Shown here: positions 53,201 to 63,254 of the stretch, one piece after another
Numbering within the stretch: the stretch's first letter is position 1
How the letters are laid out: every line of letters begins with the position of its first letter
Source: Ylistrum balloti
Taxonomy: Eukaryota
Assembly: GCF_031769215.1 (NCBI RefSeq)
Contig: NW_026782942.1
Span: 1 to 64,000 of the forward strand
Reading direction: 5' to 3'
Length of the DNA stretch: 64,000 bases
The notes under the pieces: model-generated
Told to the model about the DNA's origin: nothing
Databases searched by the model: none
The model's input: only the letters and a program-made list of their open reading frames with translations
Program-made: the position numbers and the translations under genes

Positions 53201-56200
53201 ACATGTTGCATATCATATGACTCACTTTGAGTATACAAGATGAATTCTGCCAGCTATACGTCAAAATCGCGCTGTCTGCGCTTATCTATCATTTTGCATA
53301 CTTAGGTTTTCATGCATCAAGGGCATTGATTTATTTTCTTTTACTATAATTATGTGTAATTGTTTGAGAAAATCAACAGCTAGATTTTATTCTTGTTATC
53401 TCTTTAGATGAGCTGATCCTCGCATTCGTGTTCAGTACCAAATCCCATGCCAAACTTATCAACGTAGATCCAAGTGTCTCATTGACGATGCCAGGTGTTG
53501 TTGACTTCATCTCATTTAAGGATATTCCCGGACAAAATATGTGGGGTCCAATTGAACATGATGAAGAATTTATGGCTTCAGAAAAGGTATTTGTATCATT
53601 TTCATGTGTCAGAGGATAGTTCTTCTATTTATGTGGTGGACCTGTCCATTGCAGCCACAAATTATTAAGTTAGGTAATATCTTCTTAGGCATTTTGCACA
53701 TATACTGTCTATATTAATAAAACAAGCATGGGATGAATGAAATTTCGAAATGCTGCAACTTTCCAGTTAGATTATGACAGCCTTCCTTCCTTCTTTTGTG
53801 TTTCTGAAGTCATCTCCTAGACTTTTTATACGATATAGACTACTATAATAGATGCATTTGTGTGTGTTATATCTTGTGTGGCAATGACAATGTATGAATT
53901 TATTTGTTTGTTTTATAACTTGCTTGAAAAGGAACCTGGTGTATAAAGAACTATATGTAGATGCACGTGTTGTTGTTTTATGAGGTGAGAATATTACAAA
54001 TAACAGATGCATTTGTAATTGTTATATCTCGAGTTGAAAGAATTATGTATAGATGACAATGTACGTTTTGTATCTATTCGACGACCATGTATGGATGATT
54101 TGGTGTATGATAGAACTATTGTGAAGATGGCTATGCATAGATAAAACTTCTTCGTTAAGAGTACTATGTACAGAGGAGAAACAAGTGTTTATATCTGGTG
54201 TGTTATATATGGTATGAAGATTATAAGATATAGATATTTTTTGTGTTATATAAGGTGCGAATAGGACCATGTGTTGATGTATTAATGTGTTTTATATCTT
54301 GTGTGAAGTGGACCATGTATTGATGTATTTAAATGTATTTATACCTGGTGTGAAGTGGACCATGTATTGATGTATTCAAATGTTGTCATATCTGGTGTGA
54401 AGTGGACCATGTATTGATGTATGTAAATGTTTTTATACCTGATGTGAAGAGGACCATTTGTTGATGTATTTGTGTGTTTTATATCTGGTTTGAAGTGGAC
54501 GATGTGTTGATGTATTTATGTGTTTTTATATCTGGTGTGAAAAGGACCATGTGTTGATGTATTGATGTGTTTTCATATCTGATGTGAAGTGGACCATGTA
54601 TTGATGTATTTAAATGTTTTCATATCTGGTGTTAAGTGGACCATGTATTGATGTTTGTAAATGTTTTCATATCTGGTGTAAAGTGGACCATGTATTGATG
54701 TATTGATGTGTTTTATATCTTGTGTGAAGTGGACCATCTGTTGATGTATTTATGTGTTTTTATAGCTTGTGTGAAGTGGACCATGTATTGATGTATTGAT
54801 GTGTTTTTATATCTTGTGTGAAGTGGACCATCTGTTGATGTATTTATGTGTTTTTATATCTCGTGTGAAGTGGACCATCTGTTGATGTATTGATGTGTTT
54901 TATATCTTGTGTGAAGTGGACCATCTGTTGATGTATTTATGTGTTTTTATATCTTGTGTGAAGTGGACCATGTGTTGATGTATTTATGTGTTTTATATCT
55001 TGTGTGAAGTGGACCATGTGTTGATGTATTTATGTGTTTTTATATCTTGTGTGTAGTGGACCATCTGTTGATGTATTTATGTGTTTTTATAGCTTGTGTG
55101 AAGTGGACCATGTGTTGATGTATTGATGTGTTTTTATATCTTGTGTGAAGTGGACCATCTGTTGATGTATTTATGTGTTTTTATATCTTGTGTGAAGTGG
55201 ACCATCTGTTGATGTATTTATGTGTTTTTATATCTTGTGTGAAGTGGACCATCTGTTGATGTATTTATGTGTTTTTATATCTTGTGTGAAGTGGACCATC
55301 TGTTGATGTATTTATGTGTGTTGATGTATTTATGTGTTTTATATCTTGTGTGAAGTGGACCATGTGTTGATGTATTTATGTGTTTTATATCTTGTGTGAA
55401 GTGGACCATCTGTTGATGTATTTATGTGTTTTTATATCTTGTGTGAAGTGGACCATGTGTTGATGTATTTATGTGTTTTATATCTTGTGTGAAGTGGACC
55501 ATGTGTTGATGTATTTATGTGTTTTTATATCTTGTGTGTAGTGGACCATGTGTGAAGTGGACCATGTGTTGATGTATTGATGTGTTTTTATATCTTGTGT
55601 GAAGTGGACCATCTGTTGATGTATTTATGTGTTTTTATATCTTGTGTGAAGTGGACCATCTGTTGATGTATTGATGTGTTTTATATCTTGTGTGAAGTGG
55701 ACCATGTGTTGATGTATTTATGTGTTTTTATATCTTGTGTGAAGTGGACCATCTGTTGATGTATTTATGTGTTTTTATATCTTGTGTGAAGTGGACCATG
55801 TGTTGATGTATTGATGTTTTTTTATCTTGTGTGAAGTGGACCATCTGTTGATGTATTTATGTGTTTTTATATCTTGTGTGAAGTGGACCATCTGTTGATG
55901 TGTATTTATGTTTTGATGTGTTTTATATCTTGTGTGAAGTGGACCATGTGTTGATGTATTTATGTGTTTTTATATCTTGTGTGAAGTGGACCATCTGTTG
56001 ATGTATTTATGTGTTTTTATATCTTGTGTGAAGTGGACCATGTGTTGATGTATTTGATGTGTTTTATATCTTGTGTGAAGAGGACCATGTGTTATTTATG
56101 TATTTATGTGTTTTTATATCGATGTGTTGTGTGTTTTAAGTGGACCATGTGTTTATGTATTTATATGTTTTTTATGACTGTGTGAAGAGGTTTTATGTAT

Positions 56201-59200
56201 GTATGTGTTTTTATACCTGCTGTGAAGAGGACGATGTGTTGATGTATGTATGTATTTTTATACCTGGTGTGAAGTGGACGATGTGTTGTGTATTTATGAG
56301 TTTTATATCTGGTGTGAAGAGGACGATGTGTTGATGTATGTATGTATTTTTATACCTGGTGTGAAGTGGACGATGTGTTGTGTATTTATGAGTTTTATAT
56401 CTGGTGTGAAGAGGACGATGTGTTTATGTATGTATGTGTTTTTATACCTGGTGTGAAGTGGACGATGTGTTGTGTATTTATGAGTTTTATATCTGGTGTG
56501 AAGAGGACGATGTGTTGATGTATTTATATGTTTTTTATGACTGGTGTGAAGAGGTTCATGTGTTTATGTATGTATGTGTTTTTATACCTGCTGTGAAGAG
56601 GACGATGTGTTGATGTATGTATGTATTTTTATACCTGGTGTGAAGTCGATGTGTTGTGTATTTATGAGTTTTATATCTGGTGTGAAGAGGACGATGTGTG
56701 TTTTTATATACTTGGTGTGTGAATGTGTTGTGTATTTATGAGTTTTATATCTGGTGTGATGTATTTATGTGTTGATGTATTTATATGTTTTTTATGACTG
56801 GTGTGAAGAGGTTCATGTGTTTATGTATGTATGTGTTTTTATACCTGCTGTGAAGAGGACGATGTGTTGATGTATGTATGTATTTTTAAACCTGGTGTGA
56901 AGTGGACGATGTGTTGTGTATTTGTGTGTTTTATACCTGCTGTGAAGAGGACGATGTGTTGATGTATGTATGTGTTTTTATACCTGCTGTGAAGAGGACG
57001 ATGTGTTGATGTATGTATGTATTTCTATACCTGGTGTGAAGTGGACGATGTGTTGTGTATTTGTGTGTTTTATACCTGCTGTGAAGAGGACGATGTTTTT
57101 ATGTATGTATGTGTTTTTATATCTGGTGTGAAGAGGTTCATGTGTTTATGTATGTATGTGTTTTTATACCTGCTGTGAAGAGGACGATGTTTTTATGTAT
57201 GTATGTGTTTTTATATCTGGTGTGAAGAGGACGATGTGTTTATGTATGTATGTGTTTTTATACCTGGTGTGAAGAGGACGATGTGTTGATGTATTTATGT
57301 GTTTTTATATCTGGTGTGAATTGGACCATGTATATCAGTTTGTTTTAGTGTTCTAATCCAATCAAAATGAAAACCATTTATAAAGACATATTTGTATATT
57401 AAAAGTTTAATGATGGATTTGTGTTTGTAGTATCTATAAAGAAGTGAGCCTCATAGAATACATTTTTGTGTGTTATATTTGTAAAAGACCGTGTACAGAT
57501 GCATTTTTTTAGTTTTATATGAGTCATGTTAAATACACTGGTGTGTGATATATCTGTTGTGAAAAATAAACAACATATAAAGATATCTTTATGTGTATTG
57601 CATATGATGTGGAGAGTCCAATTATAAGATGTATTTGTCTGGTTCTATGTGAACAATGCTTTATATAGATACATCTGATCTTTTTAGATATTATGCGAAT
57701 AGAAACACGTGCCTGTGTTTCTGTGTTTGCTACATTTGGTGTGAATAAGGCAATAAGAAAAGATACTGTTATGTGTTACATCTGGTGTTAAGAAGCTTTT
57801 TTTTTGTGTTATTTCCTGTGTGAAAAACATCATGTTTAGTTGTTTGTTATGTTTGATGTGAATTCCAAGGTGAAAAAGGGGTCATGCAAAGTTGCATGAG
57901 TGCCTGAAGAGGATAATGTACAGATGCGTTTGTGACATTGATATGGCACTAGATAAATTTCGTTTTTTTACCGTAGTGTGTAAAAAAGTTTCCAACAATT
58001 TTCATTTGAACTTTGACATTGAACGAGTTTACAAGCGCGTTGTTTTGTTGTCGTCTGTCTATGAAAAAACACATCAATATGACACCTTTCTGTCACCTTA
58101 TACTGACCCAGAAAACCTATACTACAGTGAAATAACATCAAGTATCTAACAAACTCTCGGTATTTGTGTTTTAACATGGATAAAAGCTGCGTGTGTAAAG
58201 AAACACAGTCACATAATTCTTAAATCTTTACGATGGTATTTAAATGCATGCATGCTGATCATTCAGATTCTGCTTTTACATCAGTCTCAAAGTCTAATGA
58301 GAACCTGGGAAGCCTTTGGCAACCTATTCAGTGAGGAAATAGTTAAAATGTTGAACACATATTATTGTATGCTACTGGTAGCTGAGGTTGCATGGCTAGG
58401 CCAAGTATTCTGTCGTCAACATAACATGGAAATTAACACAAATATAACTAAACCTTATGCAATATATAAATGTCTTTTTTTGTATTAAAGTGGTCTGGAG
58501 AAGGTCGTCGATGTAATTATACAATTTTGTTTGTAACAAGTGGTGTGAAGCGGATCATTCTAAATGCATATGTGCGTGTTACAGGTGGTGTGTATGGGGC
58601 AGATAGTCGGTGCTGTAATTGCAGACTCACAGACCCATGCCCAGAGGGCTGCTAAAGCTGTTCAAGTCAAGTATGAGGACCTCTCACCCATCATCACGAT
58701 AAAGGTGTGTATAACAGTTATGCGTATTTTGTTATGCTTGTGGTAACAATTTAGCTCTGTTTAAAACAATATGTTGGTAACCGGTATATATACGTATGAA
58801 TGACATATGTCGGCCGTTTGTGAGTACGTCTCTCTCTATTGGATTTATTTTTTAAAGCACGCCTAATAAAATGTAATAGAAGTGGATACATAATTGTAAG
58901 TTCATTCAGAATTACGTTAAATATCCGCTTAAGAGGAGTCGGGATTCTGTAAGCAGGACGATCACAGTGAACAGTTGCTGTACACTTCAATGTGCTCCAA
59001 GTTGTGTCATGTCGATTATGGAATCGATTCCAGATGACCGGAAACGTCACCGGAAGACCTCGAACGGGTAGACCACGTTATACAAGCACTCTTACTAAGC
59101 AAAATCGGTTTGCAAGTTCTACTAGGTTAAATAACGACTACCGTAAAGCAAGTGGAAGAAAAAAAATCACTAACAGTGAGGAAAAGACTTCACAGCACAG

Positions 59201-62200
59201 GATTACGTGCTCACAGCTCGGTAACATACGGCATGTGAATTGACAATTCCGTCAGTGACGGCCTATTCATTTGAAGGATGTGTCCAGGTTTTCTCTAGAC
59301 TTTCATGCCAGGAGGCGTATTTGGCGTGGGATGGACAAGAGATATGGTGACTGCTGCGTCATTTAGAATGACTGTTGCGATGGGGCTCGTCCATGGTTTG
59401 GGCAGGGATAAGTTTTGATGGTCGGACTGAAATTGGTGGTCACACGTTAACGGTACCCTGATGAATTCCTTCATCCAATTGCGGGCGCTGTCGCCCGGAG
59501 TTTGTACTGATGGAAGACAATGTTCGACCACATAGAGCTAAATTTGTGGATGTGTACCTTCAAGCGGAGGGCTGGTCTAGTCTTTCACCGGACCTTCGCC
59601 AATTCGCGTTACCGATCATCCACGGCACCTTGTCAACCGAAAGGATCTTGCTAATGTTTTTGTTATCAAGTATGACTTGTATGGCGCCTAGTTCGCAGCA
59701 TGCCAAGCCGATGTCGTGTCGTTATTGGTACCGATGAAGGACACACTCACTATTGATAGTGTTGCTGAACTCACTTAAGCATCTTGAATTTTCAACGCCA
59801 TCGGGACTTTTAATGTAATCATAAATGGCAGGCTTGAGTGAAATGCATTCAAAGTGGGTCCTAATTATCTTATTATTTGACTTCACTCAAATATTTCATA
59901 TTACACATTTGTTATGACAAACGGGGTCATAAGATGTCCATTTCTCGTTGTATTGTTTAGTTGGAAGTGCACGTAACCAGTAGTGACCACCCGTTATCGA
60001 TGAGCGGATGTCCAAAACAGATATAGATAGAAAATAGTCATGTAGAATTATTCAGAAATATTTATGAAACAGTCATGACAATGAGCTTGCATGCGTCCTG
60101 TTTCTTCCAGGACTCCCACATAGGTGGGCACAGAACATAGCTTCTCCAAGTAACATAGTTTTCATGAGCCCAAACCAGCACACAGCTTTCATATGGTGAC
60201 TCCAACTATCTCTGCACTTGGACTTACTTTGGGCACACAGCAGTGGTAACCTTACATTACAATATATTAAGCACACAGCTTATGCATCCACGCCCCTGGC
60301 ATCAAGCCTATAACGTTGGAGAACCTTCCTAGTACAAGTCCGGGGTTGAAACAACTGCACACACAGGTAGCACTTACCTGTGTTGCATGATTTGGTTACG
60401 CCTCAGTGAATCTTGCTTTCTGACTCTAATTTCTAACTCAATTTCTATCCAGGGACCTCCGGTAACCTCTACAGGATAGGTGTACTATATCCTGATCACT
60501 GTATAGGATACTAAGCCCACCACTCTATGGTACTGAATAACTAACAAATACTTTACTGACAACACCATACTTTTTGACAGAAATAGAACATATTCTTTTT
60601 TTCTATAAGAATGACAGGATTTGAAATTCGGTCTTGATTATATAATAAAATAAAATGTTAATAAAGTATTGCGTCACCAAACAATTTATTTGATATGACA
60701 TAATGCTTTGGCAGATCAATATACATTTTTACAAACTCAATATGACATTGATTGAGAGGAGTGAACAAATCCAAACTAAGCTTCAAAAGAAAATAAGCGA
60801 ACTTTGCCTAGCCAATTACATATAAAATCTATGGGTATTACTGTGACATGTTGTTCTTCACTACAAAAGTGTTAAAACGTGGAAACATTTACCAATACCG
60901 GATATGTAGATGGAAATTAGGTTGTGACCTGTAGATTTAATGCCTAATTTTAATTCAAAACAACGAGTCAATGTTGTGTCATATATATGTTTCAGGATTA
61001 CGGAATAAAGTTTTAATTAGCGTTGTTTATGACAAAATAGGGCATTTGTTTCTCTGAATACGACTGCAGCAAATTTATCTTTTCTTTCTGTAGGAGGCCA
61101 TTGCTGCCAAGTCATATCACGGAGAGCCAAGGGTGATTGAGAGAGGTAACCTGAGAGAAGGATTTGAAATGAGTGATCACATAATCGAAGGGGAGGTGCA
61201 TATCGGGGGACAAGAACACTTTTATCTAGAGACAAACGCTGCGCTGGCTGTACCAAAATATGAGGATGGAGAAATGGAAATGTTTGTTTCTACGCAAAAT
61301 CCTGCCGAAACTCAGGTAACAAGTGACAAAACACTCTTGATTCTACTGTAATGAAAAATACTGGCGACATGACAGAGTCATTCCTGATGAAACTGGATAT
61401 GTTTCGCAAAAGCCTGCTGAAGTTTGACTGATAACACACAATCTTGTTAAAAATATACCGACAGACAGATGACACTAATAACATAACCCTCCCGTCACCA
61501 TTAAAGTAACATAGTACTAAACTGACACTGCAAAGGGCAACACAACTCTTCACGGCTCCAATAACTACATAGTTATATAATTGACAGGCTCAGCGACCCT
61601 GTTGACATCAAACTGGTAACACACAATCCAGCGGACACTTCCTTCTCAAAAACAAATATGATCTGTTCTTACATCCGGGCATAAACGTTTATCTTTTCAA
61701 AAAAGTATTCCTTAATGTCTGTTATTTATACCATTTGTTAATTGAAGAAAAATTATAAAAGGGAGGTATAAAATGAAAATGCAGAGTCAAATCAAACCAT
61801 AGTTAGTTATTCTGGAAAACATTGATATATGTATGTGTTCATTATGTACGATAGCAAATATCTTAATGACGGATATATATTTGGCGACATTGTGGATGTT
61901 AAGAGCTTATTTACCCTTTCCCACAGATGATGGTAGCTCGTGCCCTTGGTATTGCAGAAAATAAGATTGTCATACGTGTCAAGAGAATGGGTGAGAATAT
62001 AGGCGTTAATGATGGAATTGAAACTTTAGAGTTATTCGTTAAATCGCAAATTTGTAAAAATTTCGTGAAAAATCATATAAAAAGATATTTCCTATCTTTC
62101 CTGATAAAGAATTACATTACTTTACAAAGTAAAATTTAGTATTTTTTAAATAAGAAACGAAACTAAAAATATATAAAGAAAATAAAAAAGATAAGGATCC

Positions 62201-63254
62201 TTACCATAAGCATGTGCACGTGACTAATATAATCAATATGAAAGCTACCTTCTTTCTTGTTCAATTTTAATTAGATTGTTCGAACTTGTTTGTACACTGC
62301 TAATTTCATATAGAAAGTAGAAGTTTATATGATTATGAATATGCATTCCAATATCTCGATCTTATATATTTTTCTAGGAGGTGGGTTTGGAGGGAAGGAG
62401 ACACGGAGTGTGATCTATAGTATACCAGTCGCCGTAGCGGCAGAAAAGTAAGTAAACTATTGCTTTCCTATTAACATTCCACCCTCTAACTATACCCAAG
62501 GGATAAAGAAACGCGGGGTAAACTTGAAGATGATTATATGCAAGACGTCAAGCATAATGTTCAATATTTTAATTAAGAATGAAGATTAATTCATACAGAA
62601 CAAACTGCAAAATCAACGATTTGTATCTGCTAAATGATTCAGGTTAAGTAATTGAATGGAATTGAAAGAGAACTCTGTAATCTGAAATCGAAATGGACTG
62701 ATTGTCAGAGTTACTAATCTGAGAGCGAATGGGGGACATAGCCGCTATTGACTATCCAGCTCCCACAAAACCCAGCTGCTTAGAGAACTTCCATTGTATA
62801 AGTTTGTTATAGATTCAGTACCTGAATAGTGTGTGAGAGTATATTTGCTATAGATTCATTTAAATGATGAAGAGTCATTATTTACGTATCAAATACATGA
62901 TTGCGATGTGTTCTGTCACTGTTGCCGTAGTGCAGACTCTGTTGTGTGGTCAATTTTAACTTTATATGTGATAAAGACTCAGTTGCCACCTAAAGTTTCA
63001 CTGTACATATGTAACTGTATATTTGTTAAATGCATTTTTCGGTAAAATGTCGCGTTAAGTGTCACGGCAACTAATACGTCGCTGAGCTTTTAATCAGTCA
63101 ATTAGTTCACTACATATTTGTACCGAATTCAGTCAATTGGTGAACTGCCACTTGATATTTTGATAGGCTTGGTCGCCCAGTGAAATGTATGTTGGATAGA
63201 GATGAGGATATGCTTTCTTCAGGTTGCAGGCATCCCTTCTATGGCAAGTTCAAG
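12962..63254 (+). CDS. XDH: Xanthine dehydrogenase/oxidase, exons 1-22 (868 codons); gene continues beyond the window
   Basis: join(12962-13042,28060-28117,31300-31396,31605-31713,31929-32055,33322-33383,33855-33956,40653-40733,42425-42563,42734-42901,44179-44255,44430-44523,46385-46497,47705-47883,48388-48550,52661-52871,53408-53586,58585-58704,61094-61315,61927-61990,62378-62447,63167-63254). All introns GT-AG, phases consistent, no internal stops. 2Fe-2S motifs [20 protein letters not shown]; FAD domain [25 protein letters not shown]; Moco domain [20 protein letters not shown]. Confidence 0.97.
15051..16370. repeat. Minisatellite, 22 bp unit, about 60 copies (XDH intron 1)
   Basis: TTACCCTGTAGTAAGGTATAAT with period 22 (15361, 15383 and onward). 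Confidence 0.97.
17228..17273. repeat. (TA)n microsatellite
   Basis: Perfect TA run abutting the 28-bp satellite. Confidence 0.95.
17275..21250. repeat. Complex satellite, about 28 bp unit, about 140 copies (XDH intron 1)
   Basis: ACAGATATTATATGTCAGG followed by AGTATTACT, ATTATTACT or TGTATCTCT; period 28 (17588, 17616); accounts for all Y/I-rich ORFs in the track here. Confidence 0.95.
21330..22135 (+). mobile_element. BEL/Pao LTR-retrotransposon pol remnant (RT and RNase H)
   Basis: Broken frames LIEHR..FG..SPAV..YG and [14 protein letters not shown] (RT); [19 protein letters not shown] (21879), [31 protein letters not shown] (22011) match the Pao DWDE and DASE signatures. Confidence 0.85.
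22500..23760 (+). mobile_element. CR1/L2-type LINE remnant: ORF1 and a possible ORF2 3' scrap
   Basis: [52 protein letters not shown] and [39 protein letters not shown] match EQYSRRN..GIPE..ENTD, DIDRxH and INExLT..W..DG ORF1 motifs; the right part is weak. Confidence 0.75.
23918..25110 (-). mobile_element. Decayed Tc1/mariner transposon
   Basis: [66 protein letters not shown]; TA followed by TIR-like CTAGCGGAAAAAAGAAATGCGAG at 23918. Confidence 0.9.
25320..27100 (+). mobile_element. Decayed CR1-type LINE ORF2 (endonuclease and RT)
   Basis: [12 protein letters not shown] (EN), [24 protein letters not shown] (26287-26307), AGITRG*VLGP (26417-26452), [24 protein letters not shown]. Confidence 0.8.
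28060..28117 (+). CDS. XDH: XDH exon 2 (58 nt)
   Basis: [19 protein letters not shown]; acceptor TTGCAG, donor GTATCCTT (U12-type). Confidence 0.95.
29624..29872 (+). repeat. Interspersed repeat, copy A (partner at 62498-62751)
   Basis: About 220 bp aligns by eye at roughly 75-80% identity to 62498-62718 (shared ATAATGTTCAATATTTT, AACTGCAAAATCA, CGATTTGTATCTG, GGAATTGAAAGA). Confidence 0.9.
29905..30345 (-). mobile_element. Internally deleted Tc1/mariner fragment
   Basis: Minus strand [54 protein letters not shown] joined directly to a short 5'-like segment. Confidence 0.85.
31300..31396 (+). CDS. XDH: XDH exon 3 (97 nt)
   Basis: [33 protein letters not shown]; donor GTGAGT. Confidence 0.97.
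31605..31713 (+). CDS. XDH: XDH exon 4 (109 nt)
   Basis: [36 protein letters not shown]. Confidence 0.97.
31929..32055 (+). CDS. XDH: XDH exon 5 (127 nt)
   Basis: [42 protein letters not shown]. Confidence 0.97.
32200..32865. repeat. Degenerate tandem array, at least 10 cores spaced 40-65 nt (XDH intron 5)
   Basis: Core CGTGTGATACATTACAGAGTAYTGACARGATAATAGGGCCAGGAG starting at 32320, 32370, 32435, 32497, 32548, 32601, 32641, 32703, 32763, 32814, with G/A-rich variable linkers. Confidence 0.8.
33322..33383 (+). CDS. XDH: XDH exon 6 (62 nt)
   Basis: [21 protein letters not shown]; donor AAG|GTGAGT. Confidence 0.97.
33855..33956 (+). CDS. XDH: XDH exon 7 (linker; 3' boundary uncertain)
   Basis: [34 protein letters not shown]; donor CAG|GTATGT is phase-compatible with exon 8, but the frame stays open to 34055. 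Confidence 0.75.
36141..37800 (+). mobile_element. Decayed PIF/Harbinger-ISL2EU-type DDE transposase
   Basis: TGYTLEQM...[17 protein letters not shown]...ILPRFLG (HTH-like), VILDGTYI (D at 37125), KRNYVK...[30 protein letters not shown] (37362), ELVRVANA...LAERMQ; many stops and frameshifts. Confidence 0.75.
40067..40140 (+). mobile_element. Degenerate tRNA-derived SINE head
   Basis: A-box-like AGTCGTGCAGTGGTCTA and T-arm-like GTGTG-GTTTGAAT-CACAT. Confidence 0.3.
40653..40733 (+). CDS. XDH: XDH exon 8
   Basis: [27 protein letters not shown] (conserved DxTQxPIFPPxL); donor GTGAGT. Confidence 0.9.
42425..42563 (+). CDS. XDH: XDH exon 9
   Basis: [46 protein letters not shown]. Confidence 0.93.
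42734..42901 (+). CDS. XDH: XDH exon 10
   Basis: [56 protein letters not shown]. Confidence 0.95.
44179..44255 (+). CDS. XDH: XDH exon 11
   Basis: [26 protein letters not shown]; donor GTGGGT. Confidence 0.95.
44430..44523 (+). CDS. XDH: XDH exon 12
   Basis: [31 protein letters not shown]. Confidence 0.97.
46385..46497 (+). CDS. XDH: XDH exon 13
   Basis: [38 protein letters not shown]; donor CAG|GTAAGT. Confidence 0.95.
47705..47883 (+). CDS. XDH: XDH exon 14
   Basis: [60 protein letters not shown]. Confidence 0.97.
48388..48550 (+). CDS. XDH: XDH exon 15
   Basis: [54 protein letters not shown]. Confidence 0.95.
49400..49790 (-). mobile_element. Penelope-like element 3' end (GIY-YIG C-terminus and tail)
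   Basis: Minus strand [20 protein letters not shown], then (frameshift) [10 protein letters not shown], matching the IKEAIxIR...LNRDEG.H.L.HxYD end of PLE ORFs; CTGATGAAG motif in the tail. Confidence 0.7.
52661..52871 (+). CDS. XDH: XDH exon 16
   Basis: [70 protein letters not shown]. Confidence 0.93.
53408..53586 (+). CDS. XDH: XDH exon 17
   Basis: [60 protein letters not shown]. Confidence 0.95.
54270..57330. repeat. Satellite, 46-47 bp unit, about 65 copies (XDH intron 17)
   Basis: GTGAAGTGGACCATGTGTTGATGTATTTATGTGTTTTTATATCTTGT with period 47 (55145, 55192); degenerate flanks to about 53850 and 57850. Confidence 0.96.
58585..58704 (+). CDS. XDH: XDH exon 18
   Basis: [40 protein letters not shown]. 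Confidence 0.96.
58880..59960 (+). mobile_element. Near full-length decayed Tc1/mariner transposon (XDH intron 18)
   Basis: [31 protein letters not shown] (HTH), [55 protein letters not shown]. Confidence 0.88.
61094..61315 (+). CDS. XDH: XDH exon 19
   Basis: [74 protein letters not shown]. Confidence 0.97.
61927..61990 (+). CDS. XDH: XDH exon 20
   Basis: [21 protein letters not shown]; donor G|GTGAGA. Confidence 0.95.
62378..62447 (+). CDS. XDH: XDH exon 21
   Basis: [24 protein letters not shown]; donor GTAAGT. Confidence 0.96.
62498..62751 (+). repeat. Interspersed repeat, copy B (partner at 29624-29872)
   Basis: See copy A; the last 31-34 bp are inverted relative to copy A. Confidence 0.9.
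63167..63254 (+). CDS. XDH: XDH exon 22 (last exon found in the window)
   Basis: [29 protein letters not shown]; donor AAG|GTAATG. Confidence 0.96.

Noticed and set aside
56140-56456. ORFs with repeated [14 protein letters not shown]
   Set aside because: Translations of the 46-47 bp satellite.
62921-63072. 8-bp inverted repeat GTTGCCGT...ACGGCAAC, possible MITE ends
   Set aside because: Too short, no target duplication recognised, no second copy in the window.
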